Part shown: piece by piece, positions 52,719 to 64,000 of the stretch
Layout: each line of letters begins with the position of its first letter
Numbering within the stretch: position 1 is the stretch's first letter
From: the human T2T-CHM13v2.0 reference genome, Homo sapiens
Reading direction: 5' to 3' (one strand)
DNA: 64,000 bases
Assembly (NCBI RefSeq): GCF_009914755.1
Contig: NC_060945.1
Notes under the pieces: generated by a model
What the model was told of the DNA's origin: nothing
The model's input: only the letters and a program-made list of their open reading frames with translations
The model's database searches: none
Position numbers and translations under genes: made by a program

Positions 52719-52858
52719 GGCCAAGCATGGAGGCTCATGCCTATAATCCTAGCACTTTGGGAGGCCGAGGCCGGGGCCGGAGGATTGCTTGAGGCCAGGA
52801 GTTTGAGACTAGCCTGGGCAACATAGTGAGACCCTCATCTCTATGGAAAATAAAAAAT
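52719..52858 (+). mobile_element. FLAM (Alu left monomer)
   Basis: Monomer with A-tail; TSD AAAGATGTGTGG (52705-52716 / 52859-52870). Confidence 0.85.
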
Positions 52859-52914
52859 AAAGATGTGTGGCAGAGATTTTCTCTTTATGCAGCCAAACAA
52901 AATCCATGGCTGGA

Positions 52915-53250
52915 TTTTCATTCATTCAACAAGTACTTATCCTGGACTTTATATGTCCCAGGCAGAGTCCTAGGCCCTGGGGACAAAAATATTTACAATA
53001 TAATTTTAGGCTGGAAAAAAAGCAAAGCTTATAGGGAAAAGGATGGTTACTACATGGATATTGGGGCAGGGAAGGCAGCTCAGATAAGATGACTTTGGAG
53101 GAGAAACCTGGAGAAGTGTGTATACCCTGAGGCTCCACAGGACAGGTGCTCCAAGGACAGAAAACTGCAAGAGCAATGGTACAGAGGCAGGAACGAGGCT
53201 GGGGTATTGCAGAAAGGTCCATGGGGCCTGTGCAGTTGGAGCAAGGTAAC
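52915..53250 (-). mobile_element. L2 fragment
   Basis: TTCATTCATTCAACAAGTACTTA... Confidence 0.55.
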
Positions 53251-56200
53251 TGCAGGGCTGGGGCTGGGAGCGGGGATGGAGAAGGGGCAGGACAGGGAGT
53301 CTGAGAGGCAGACAGACCCTCCCCCCACTCCACCCCTGTGCAGTCTCAGGGCCTCTCTCTCTCTCTCTCTCTCAGTGTAGCCCCAAGCAAGACCGTCCAA
53401 CTTCTAATATGGCCACTGCTTCCAAAAACCCAAAAGCTCAGGGGTCAGGTTGGGTAGAATCTTTTGGGCCCTTGGATTTAATCCTCAGTATGTTAGAAAG
53501 CTACAAAGGCTTTCAAGAGAGAACAGACAACCTGCCTGGTTTACATTTTGTTTGGAGTTGAAGCCAGGGTGGTCTCCTCCTATGCATATTAGCGGAAGCT
53601 TGGACACTGGTCATTTATCCAGAAGAAAGTAAAAACTGAAGGGTCAAATGAGGCTACTCCGAATATTGTGAGACCTAGGAGAAAGAAGAGAAATAAGGCC
53701 CCATGGCCTGTATCCCGTCCCTCTCCTCTCCACATCCCCAGCTCCGTCTTGTGCTGCGGGCCTCGTGCACGTGCACAGGATGGGGGCAAGCTCTGGGTGG
53801 ACTGGTCCCCATGGCCCTGAGTACTCCTCACCCATGGAAAGGGGCACAGCCAGTCGGGGCCCGAGTGGAGCCTCTGCAGTCCAGGCCCAGGGCAGGTGGC
53901 TGAGTCGGAGCATCCAGGGGCAGCTCTAATTCCAACCATGACCACAGAGAACAGGAGGCACCAGGCATCCACTGTCAGTCTGTAATCAGGATGATCAGTG
54001 CATTCCCCACTCAGCACACAGTCTCCCACAGACATGCAGCCACGGTGTGGCCTCAGCATCAGGGATATTTGCAACATCCATATGGCTTCCAGAACAAGAG
54101 AGCAGGGAGGGTAAGAACAGGGAGCAGTGTGGGAAATGGGTGGGCTCAGAGGCCTGCCCAGGAGTTCTTGGCCAGGGTGGAGAACCCATCTGCAGTACAG
54201 TGCTGGGGGAGGCCAGGGAAGGAGGCTGGGTGTGAACATCCAAAGAGCCTGCAGAGTGGGCACAATATGGGCTGTCGCCAGCTCACGATGCCTCCCTTTC
54301 TCTGGGCTGCAGTCGGCATCTACGATTAATAAGACATAGAGAAGTCATTCACCAGAAGTCCTCTTAGAAAAAGCAGTGCTTTTGACTGGAAAAGAATGAT
54401 GAGTTGCAAAAGTATGGTAAGTTAAAAATGCATCTTCGGAAGAGGGTGAGTTCTGTTAGCGGGTGGGCAGGGGGATGGAGCTGGGGGCTGGGGCCAGGAT
54501 TGTGCTGAATTAATATGTGTAATAATGCAGGGAGGAGCCAGAGAGATTGGAAAGGTAAAAGGGTGGAAAGAGAGCAAAACTTAACATGGGTAGTGGATGC
54601 TGGAGAAAGACGTGAATGGGGAGTTGGAGTTGTCTGTTGAGTGTATTGTTTACAGTGCAAACCTCCAGAGGCCCATGAAGGGATCCTGAACCTACACTAC
54701 TGCAGATGGGCTGAGAGGCGGCATAAAGGCGGGGCTGGGGAGTGACAGAAAAAAGTTGTATCCCGAGAGCATCCCAGCGAGCCTCTCCAGCAGCAGCAAT
54801 CCCCCTGTGCCCCATTGGGTTCCACCAGCTCAGAGCAGGCAGGGCCTGAAACAGATGAAACCAAGAAGCAGCCAGTGATGGGTGACCCAGCCAGCTGGAA
54901 CCCAGCCCAGGGCAGGAGGCACCAGGAATCTCCTGTCCTTGGCAGAGACGCGGTTTTGATCCAGGCTAATACTGACTTCTGATACTCTCAGCAGCGCAGA
55001 ATTTTAGACCTGAAGAGTGACAGCCACCTCAGTTCTTCCCTTTGATAAAGGGCACATGAATTCTGCTCTGTTGGCAAGAGTCCAACAATGCAGGCGAGTC
55101 CCTGATCTGGTAAAGCAAAGAAAACTTGCCCTAAACACTCTACAGAACTTAAAAGCATCCACCACTCAAATTGGGAAGAATCACAGGAGTTAATAATGGT
55201 GTTATTGCTCTTCTTAAATGTTATTAATAGTGATATAATACTTCCTGTCTCCTCATTTGGAGACAAGCAGCTGCCATGCGCCAGGATAATGAAGGTCATA
55301 ATAGGGGAGGAAGGAGCATGAAATTGACTCTGACCTTAGTCTCCATGCAATGTGGGAAGCAGTGCCAGTTGCCACAGCTGCACCGCTTTCCCTCCCATCA
55401 GCGGGGAGTTGACGGAAGGCCAAGCCCACCCTGGGGAGATTCTAGAATATTCTAGCACCATGAGGCTGGACCGCATCCCAACCTGGCAAGAAAATTCTGG
55501 TGATCAAGAGATCATCATTCTGCAAACTTCCTGGGAAGGCTTTTCTGATCAAAGAACTGCGGGTGTCCAATCCTGCACACATGTTAACATGTACGAGCAC
55601 TGAGGCAAGAGGCACAGTATGAGAGACTCAGAGAACAATTCTTTCCTGTCTGTTTAGCCAGGGCTCTGCATCAAGTGTTACTGGGCTGGCCTCAGCTTCC
55701 TCATCTGCAAAACGAACAGTTGTCTGCCCAGCCCCATAGGAGTTCTGTAAGGCTAAAATGAGATAACAGATGTGAAGGTGGTTTACAAAAAATAAGTGTG
55801 GGGCTATTCCTCTGCAGGGAACATCTCTATCACAGCTGGTTAGAGGTGACCACAGACCTCTGCTGCAGAGCATGCACCCACAAACCTGGACTTCAAAGCA
55901 GCCTCTTTTGCTGAGCTAGCTCTGCCCCTGCCCAACTCCTGTTGGGCAATCTCAGGTTGCAACATTTCTGAAAACACATTCTGACTGATTGACAGACCAG
56001 AGGAAGGCAATGCACCAGTGTCTCAATCCTTCTAGAAACTGCTATTAAAAACAGAAGACTGCAGGGAGGGTGCAGATCACAGTGGCTGTGGCTGGGGAAT
56101 TTTCCCTATTTTACCCCTTCCTTTCCCCCATCCTCCTCACTTGTCCTTCCATCCTGTTCCCGTTCTCTATTCCATACATAATGGTCTCATTACTCCGCCT

Positions 56201-57469
56201 CTCTGCCTGTCCCTTTCTTGACCCCCCAACCCACCCATTCCTTGTGCTTATCAAACCCCCTCTAAGACACTTCAGCTGCCAGCAAACTCTCCGTCACCCA
56301 ACCCTCAAAAGTAAAGCCTTGCTGTCCTCCAAACTGTGGTCCTCAGACCAAAGCATCAGTACCACCTGGGCACCTTATCAAAATGAAGAACCTTGGGCTC
56401 CACCCCGACCCACTGAACCAGACTCCAGACTTTGCATTTTAATAAGATCTACTAGTGCATATGTGTGCTCAGGTCTACAGCAGCTCCGATGACCTCCCCT
56501 AGCTCTAACACACAGGCTTCACCCCTCGTCCATACCACTGTTGGCCTTTCTTGGTAACCTGATATTGCTAGGCAGACGTTCACGTAGGCATCCTTCATAT
56601 CCCCAAACAGATTACAAATGATTAGAAGGCAGGGAATCCACACTTTCTCCAAGGGCCTAGAACAGGGCTCTGCACCATAGTAGATGACTGACCAAAGTCC
56701 CCTGAATGGGTCAGAGGACTTTGATCAGTCAGTCTAGATTCATCCTCTTCACTCATTCATCCAAGTCTTTATTAAGCAGCTACTCAGGGACCAGCCCTGT
56801 CCAAGCACTGGGGATCCAGCTGAGAGCAGGGCTTTCATGGAAGCCTCTAGAGCAGGAGGAACAGTCACATACAAACAAGTAGGCAAGTAGGTGCCGAGGT
56901 GGCTTTAGCTGCTGCTGAGTGCCAAGAGGAAAATCAAGCAGGGAGGAGTGGCCACACAGTAACTGACTGGAGGGTGGCCATTGGGTTGGGTGGTCTGAGA
57001 AGGTCTCTGGGGGCTCACATTTTCACTAAGACCTCAACATTGAGAAGACCTGGATGGAGGCTTCAGGCAGAAGGAACAGTTGGAGCCAAGGTCAGACAGA
57101 AGAATGGGCTTGGCCTATGTTCCAGGCACATGGCTTCTTCACCCTGCCCCATTCCAGGTAATCACGCACCCACCATGTGTCATCCATCCACCCCCTCTCC
57201 CAGGGGCAGGACCAATCCGAGGTCTCAGGCTTCTCCGAACCTGTCCCTGTCGCCAATGAGCAGCCCTCCCGAGAGGTAGGATGTCTGCCCGTGGTTGTTT
57301 CCTCATTGTTTTCTCCAAAGCCGACTTTGCTTTTTCTTTAAGCATGGTTGGGCACTCCATCAAATATTCATGTGCCTAAGTGACATGGATATGGAAGGAA
57401 GGTTTCTTGTAAAATTCAAATTCAGTCTCATGATCCCTGACGGAACCTGCCGAGGTCGTCTTGACCCTC

Positions 57470-57790
57470 GCTACTCACTACTTAAAGTGTGGTCCTCTGA
57501 CCGGCATCAGCTTCATCTGGGAGCTTATTGAAAATACCCCAGGTGTCCTGTTGTGCACCTATGGTCCCAGCTATTCAGGAGGCTGAGGCAGGAGGATCAC
57601 CTGGGCCTAGGAGTTTGAGGCTGCAGTGAGCTATGAACACATCTATGAATAGTCACAGCACTCCCACCTGGGCAACACAGCAAGACCCCATCTCTAACAG
57701 AGAAAAAAGAAAAACAGAATCTCAGCCCCCACTCAAACCCACTGAATGAGAATCTGCACTTGAACAAGACCCCCAGGTAATCTGACCTAG
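57470..57790. mobile_element. MER5A relic with an inserted FAM-type Alu monomer (~57539-57715)
   Basis: AAAGTGTGGTCC...CTGGGAGCTTATT [monomer containing TGAATAGTCACAGCACTCC] CAGAATCTCAG...GAATCTGCACTTGAACAAG. Confidence 0.7.
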
Positions 57791-58078
57791 AACAGAGTTC
57801 TGCCTTCAGACTCAAGGTCCCCAGAAATCACCAAAACAAGCTACACAGAACAGTGAACATGATGGTTAGCCAGATATGCATCGGATCCTTGCTTTAAAAA
57901 TCTCTTGTGAGTTGGGTGTCATTATGAGCTTCGTTTACAGGTGAATTAACTCAGGCACACGGAGGTTGAGTCACTCGCCTGAGTTGATAAACTTGGAAGT
58001 GGCAGGGCTAAGTTTGAGCCCTGGAGGGCTCACCGCAGACCTGTGCTCTAACACATAGGAGGAGTGAGGCTCAGAGGC

Positions 58079-58877
58079 TGTATCTATTTGCCAGGGCTGA
58101 CATCAACAAAGTACCACAGACTGGGTGGCTTAAACAACAGAGATGTCCTGTCTCCCACTTCTGGAGGCCAGGAGTCCAAGATCAAGGCGTCGGCAGGGCG
58201 GGTTCCTCGGAGGCTGTGAGGGACGATCTGCTCCAGGCCCTCCTCAGCGTCTGGGGGTTGCTGGCAATCTTTGAGCTTCCTTGTCTTGCAGGGTCACCCT
58301 GATCTCAGTGTCACCTCAATCTCTGCCTTCATCTTCACATGGACTTCTCCCTGTGTGAGTGTCTGTGTTCAAATTCTCCCTTTTATAAGCACACCAGTCA
58401 TGTTGCATTAGAAACATGGATGAAGCTGGAAACCATCATTCTCAGGAAACTATCGCAAGGACAAAAAACCAAACACCACATGTTCTCACTCATAGGTGGG
58501 AATTGAACAATGAGAACACTTGGACAGAGGAGAGGGAACATCACACACCGGGGCCTGTTGTGGGGTGGGGGGAGGGGGGAGGGATAGCATTAGGAGAAAT
58601 ACCTAATGTAAATGACGAGTTAATGGGTGCAGCACACCAACATGGCACATGTATACATATGTAACAAACCTGCACGTTGTGCACACGTACCCTAGAACTT
58701 AAAGTATAATAATAATTTAAAAAAAAATTATATATATATATAAAAGAAACCTACCCTAGTGAGCTCATCTTAACTAATCACCTCCGCAATGACCCTATCT
58801 CCAAGTAAGGTCACAGTCTGAGGGACTGGGGGTTAAGACTTCAACATGAATTTTGGGGACACAATCAACTCATAACA
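58079..58877 (-). mobile_element. MLT1B-like LTR interrupted by L1PA
   Basis: ACAAAGTACCACAGACTGGGTGGCTTAAACAACAG...CCAAGTAAGGTCACAGTCTGAGG...CATAACA. Confidence 0.85.
58416..58744 (+). mobile_element. 5'-truncated young L1PA (PA3-5-like) 3' end
   Basis: ATGGATGAAGCTGGAAACCATCATTCTC...CCCTAGAACTTAAAGTATAAT; A/AT tail; short TSD AGAAAC. Confidence 0.93.
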
Positions 58878-58970
58878 AGGCTTGGTAAAATGATAATGAC
58901 AGCTAACGCTGTTCTCACTTTGTTCTCAGTGCTTTACAGATATCACCTCACTCAATCACCACCCTCCTAG

Positions 58971-59524
<554 letters not shown>

Positions 59525-59940
59525 TAATTTCTTTAGCAAGTTGTTGCTGGATTTTGGCTTAGTGTGTCCAGGACAGCATCCCTGAAACAGGGTCATATGA
59601 GTGGAACATCCTGGGTATTCAGCGAGCCCAGGGACAGAAGGGGCTGGAAACCGCATATGCTGGATGCAGAGAAGGCACACACTTACACAAATAGAGCTGG
59701 GACACTGTGTTAGTCTGAATGGAAACCATAAATGAAGTAAGTGACAGGGCTCAGTTGGAGCCCCAAGGGTCTAACCACAGACTCTGCACTCTAATATGTG
59801 GGAGGAGTCAGGCTCAGAGGTTGTATTAGCTGTAGTGCCTGGCATATTGCAAGCACTCGATAAACATTAGCTACTGTTAATCATTTTACTGAGATACTGC
59901 TATGTGCCAGGCTCTGGGTGGGACATCTCACTTACATTTC

Positions 59941-60238
59941 TTTCTTTTCCTTTCTCTCTCTCTCTTTTTCAGACAGGGTCTTGCTCTCTTGCCCAGGCTG
60001 GAGTGTAATGGTGTGATCATGACTCACTGCATCCTCCGCTTCCCGGGCTCCAGCAATCCTCCCACCCCAGCCTCCCAAGCAGTTGCACACCACCACACCT
60101 GGCTGATTTTTGTATTTTTCCTAGAGATGGGTTTTCGCCATTTGCCCAGGCTGATCTCGAACCCCTGACCTCAAGCAATCCACCCACCTTGGCCTCCCAA
60201 AGTGCTAGGATTACAGGGGTGAGCCACTGCTCCTGGCC
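59941..60238 (-). mobile_element. AluJ
   Basis: Diverged reverse dimer; TSD ~CTC(A/T)CTTACATTTC. Confidence 0.9.
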
Positions 60239-60487
60239 CTCTCTTACATTTCCTTCTCAACTGTACAACAACCCTAGGAGATAAATACTATTACTCCCAT
60301 TTTAGAGATGAGGAAACTGAGGCTCAGATGAGTATAGCTGCTGTTATCCCCAATCTGGGGATCAGGACTCTTCTTTGTAAGACATAAACAGTCCATGTCT
60401 TTGAGCAGAAAAGCCTTAGAATATTGCAGGGAAGAAGATTTGCATGTTCAACTCGGATAGTCCTCACCACTGAGTTAATATTTCCAG

Positions 60488-61200
60488 GTCAGAGCGCCTC
60501 CGAGAGAAAAAGGCGGTGGCCTTGGAGCTCTGGTCTCCTTAACTGCACCCTGGGAAGTCTTCACACGGCCTTTCTTCCCCTGGTGGTCTAATCTGGAGTC
60601 AGATCCAGCCGTCAGCTCTTACAGACGGGGAAGGACCGGGAGCCAACGGGAAAACAACAGGTGAGCTTGTGAACAAGTCCCCTTCTGTGTCTCGGGCAGG
60701 GTGTCTGCCCGGGCAACTGTGGGGCTGCACTGACTTCCAGAACCTTCTGCCTCTGCAGGTGTTTTAGGAACTTGGCCTCAGCGCTTCAGTGACCCATATT
60801 TTATTACCTTTCAGGTTTCTATAATTCATCATTCACTCCTTTCTGAAAACCTAGAATGAAAAAGTTTAGCAGCTCAGCACCGCGGCCTCTCTCCATTCTC
60901 TCCCCAAACACATCGGCCTGTTTGTTCTCTTTCATCCCCGCTCTTCCTGTTGCATTCTGCCGGTTCAATGGGGAAGGAGTGAAACCGGATGGCTGGACCC
61001 AGTGCGGGGAAATGACTTCAGAGCCACCTTTGTTTCCCTCATTCCTTTGAGCGCACTTGGCCCTGCGTCTCTATGAAAGGGCTTGTTTGAACCATTCGGA
61101 ACATCCAGCAAGCCAGAGATGCTGCGGCCAGAACCGCTCGCATCTTTTCAGGCTGCCTGAGACTCTGGGTTAAACTGCCAAATTTTTGCAACAAAACTAA
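60488..61200 (+). ncRNA. Candidate 3' exons of a spliced lncRNA (possibly LINC00945)
   Basis: Acceptor TTTCCAG|G (exon from 60488), donor CAG|GTGAGC (60661), downstream acceptors giving exon starts at 60759 or 60815; local CpG retention. The name is from memory of the OLIG2-OLIG1 interval, not shown by the sequence. Confidence 0.35.
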
Positions 61201-61789
61201 CCATGACATTGGACATTGTGTTATAAATTAGCCACAGCCTTCCAAGCAAATTGTCTCTTTTTATTGTATCAGTGTAAGCCTCGGAAACATTTGGCTTCAG
61301 CTACTACCTTCAGGGAGGCTCAGAGGATATTTTTGTTCTGCCCCAAACCAACTCTTCAGACACCGAGTTGCATGTGCTAATACCCATATCTTCATTCACA
61401 GTTATTCTTATCACACTCCCTCTGAGAACCTCTGTCAGTTATGTTCTATTTCTCTGCCTCCCATCCACCAACCTGCTTTCAAGTTTTGATGTGGCAGAAA
61501 CTCTCTGAACATCTATAAAACAAACGATGCATTTCTCTTTTAGAATGCATTTCACAATGATTACGTGAAACTTCTTGTAAAGAATAGTTCTTTTCACATA
61601 TACAGTCAGAGATATTAAAATGCATGTTTATTAGCAATGTGTAGAATTTTATTGTTTGGTGCTCACAGAAGCAATGTAAATTTCCACATCTGTTAGGTCA
61701 CTCTGAGAGTGTATGTGTTGTGTGGGGAGAGAGGGCATGCCCATCTGTTTGAGCTATGTCACCAAAATCTATATCAAGATTTTTAATTA

Positions 61790-62095
61790 GGCTGAGAGTG
61801 GTGGTTCACGCCTGTAATCGCAGCACTTTGGAGGCCAAGGTGGGCAGATCACTTCAGGTCAGGAGTTCGAGACCAGCCTGGCCAACATGGTGAAACCCTG
61901 TCTCTACTAAAAATACAAAAAATTAGCTGGGTGTGGTGGCACATACCTGTAATCCCAGCTACTCGGAAGGCTGAGGCACAAGAATCATTTGAACCTGGGG
62001 GGCGGAGGTTGCAGTGAGTGAGATCACACCACTGCACTCCAGCCTGGGTTTCAGAGTGAGATTCTGTTTCAGGAAAAAAAAAAAAGAAAAAAAAA
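61790..62095 (+). mobile_element. AluS
   Basis: Full dimer with A-tail. Confidence 0.95.
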
Positions 62096-62158
62096 CACTT
62101 TTAATTAAAAGGAAACCCCCAAAATACACAGTTGATAATTTATTTTCCTATTTTTTTC

Positions 62159-62160
<2 letters not shown>

Positions 62161-62191
<31 letters not shown>
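62161..62191. repeat. (CA)15 microsatellite
   Basis: Direct reading. Confidence 0.95.
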
Positions 62192-62194
<3 letters not shown>

Positions 62195-64000
62195 TCACAA
62201 GACAAATTTAGGCTCAGAAATAACCTTAAGTAATAAGCTGTATTAAGCCACAATGCCATTTATTAAAAATAAAATAAACCTTCTTATAATATTTGCAAAA
62301 CACAACCCATGACATTCGATAATCTTGAGTGTTGTCATCAGAACCAAGAACACTGTATAACTGCCTATGTCCTTCCACATTGGAAATAAAGACAACTATG
62401 ACAACTATATTGCATTGTACACAACAACTACACAACATTGTAAGCAACAATAAACATTGTGTCAGTTTACAACAACTTGTTTAACTTGTATTCTCTGTCA
62501 AAGTGAACAAAACTCATTTTCTTTCACATTTTCCCAGCAGGAATCTTTATTTAACCTGAACTGCTTCTAAGTGTGACTGAGACTCTGGTGAGCTGGTCCC
62601 AGATGAGATGGGATCAAGCATCCCCAAGGAGTCCTCCCTGTCCAAGAACAACTACCGAAGGGTAATCCATTTACTCTTCCCCAATTTTCTCTCTCTACTA
62701 CTACTCTCCTCTACCCAGAAAGGAGAAATGTAGAACAAAGCTAAGGGCTACTCGCTTTGCAGCTCCTTCCCTGACCTTTGTGTTCCAGGAAGAGTTATAT
62801 TTGGATGGGATGGGGGCACCTGATATAGGGCAAACAACGGACAAGGCTTCCGCTTCTCCTAGAGACAGTGTAAATATCAACACCTACTGGGTAATTTAAA
62901 CTTTCCAAAGAATATTGACCTTCTTAGAAGTAAGTAGCACTTTAAAAAGTGAACTTCATTATTCCATTAGAGGTCTAAGCTCTAGCCAGTTAAGCAGCAC
63001 ATTTTAGCAGCTGTTTACACTCTGCTGGCCTTCTGCAAGAGGACGGTTTCATGCAGGACAACAGGGGGCTTCACAGCAGTACACCCCATCTTTGTTCTTA
63101 CAGAGGAGAGGGATGGTGCTACATCTGAAACACACTCACACATCACTGAGGCTTTGAGTCCCCAGTGTCTGCCATTTCCAAGGTCCAAGCTTCTTGACCC
63201 AAAGCAAGAGTAGATGGCAGGGACAGGGGAATGCGCAGGAGACACTAGGTTTCTACACAAGGAAAAGGAAATCTGAGGCACACACCTCTGCAGAGTGAAA
63301 GGAATCACCAACACACACACACAAGCCCCTTTAGGCAAAGAAAAGAGCGGTTGTTATGGTGGACACAAGTTGCTCCCCAAGCATGTCCTCAATGTGGGAG
63401 GCCGCAGCAGCTGCCTCCCCTTGAGACAGACCCCGGGGCCCGTGCCAGCGGCCACAGTAACTGGCTGGCCCTTGCCAGCTGTCACACTTTGCATGCCGCT
63501 GCTTCAGCCCAGCACAAGGGACCATCCAAGTCACCAGCTCCAACCAGTCCCAAATCCCGTGCCCAGGCTGGAGCTGGATGGCCACCCAGAACCCTCTTCT
63601 GAGGCCCTCTACCAAGGCACTGAAATATGCAGCATATCCAGTTGACAGTATCCTTGGCTGGGGGAGAGATAAGTCTTACAAGGAGGAGATAAGGTGAGAC
63701 TTAGGTCTAAAGAAAACCCTCAGGGACACCCACAGGAAAGAGGGGTGCTTCTAGAGGGGAAAGGCAGCATGTGTGTGTTTCCATCTGTTTGATTCCTGGG
63801 TGCCCCTTCCTGTGGGTGGGAAATGGGGAGCGTACAAGTTAGGCAACAGGCCAAGGCTTTAGATTTTATCTTCCCCATTCACTTCCTCTTTCTGCTGGCA
63901 GGGTAAGACCCTACGGGCCCCACCTAGGCTGTGTGCAGGGGAGGAAGCCGGAGGGGGATGTCACCAGGGCCTGCCCCAATCTGGCACCTCAGCTACAGGA

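Noticed and set aside
53589-54263. 224-aa minus-strand ORF
   Set aside because: Non-ATG start, no recognisable homology or motif
63000-64000. OLIG1 coding sequence
   Set aside because: No second bHLH ORF in the window

Overview
Primate (very likely human, chr21q22.11) genomic DNA centred on OLIG2. The gene is on the + strand: TATA box at 22078, non-coding exon 1 (~22108-22199), a 774-nt intron, and exon 2 (22974-~25370) carrying the whole 323-aa bHLH CDS (23036-24007). It sits in a chain of CpG islands (~15.8-30.4 kb). The rest is non-coding: Alus, MaLR LTRs (THE1/MST/MLT1), L1/L2/MIR fragments, DNA-transposon relics, microsatellites, several repeat-free motif clusters that look like neural/oligodendrocyte enhancers, and possible lncRNA exons near 60.5 kb. 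From memory of the locus, OLIG1 lies just beyond the right edge. No other ORF in the track is credible. The least expected signal is a set of short, locally templated duplications and inversions: a part-direct/part-inverted 241-bp patch bounded by 17-bp inverted repeats, a tail-less 184-bp copy flanked by a 14-bp target duplication, snap-back palindromes inside an L1 fragment, and a 51-bp inverted repeat 1 kb upstream of the promoter. I found no evidence for a new protein-coding system. Repeat subfamily names and old-repeat boundaries are by eye and approximate.
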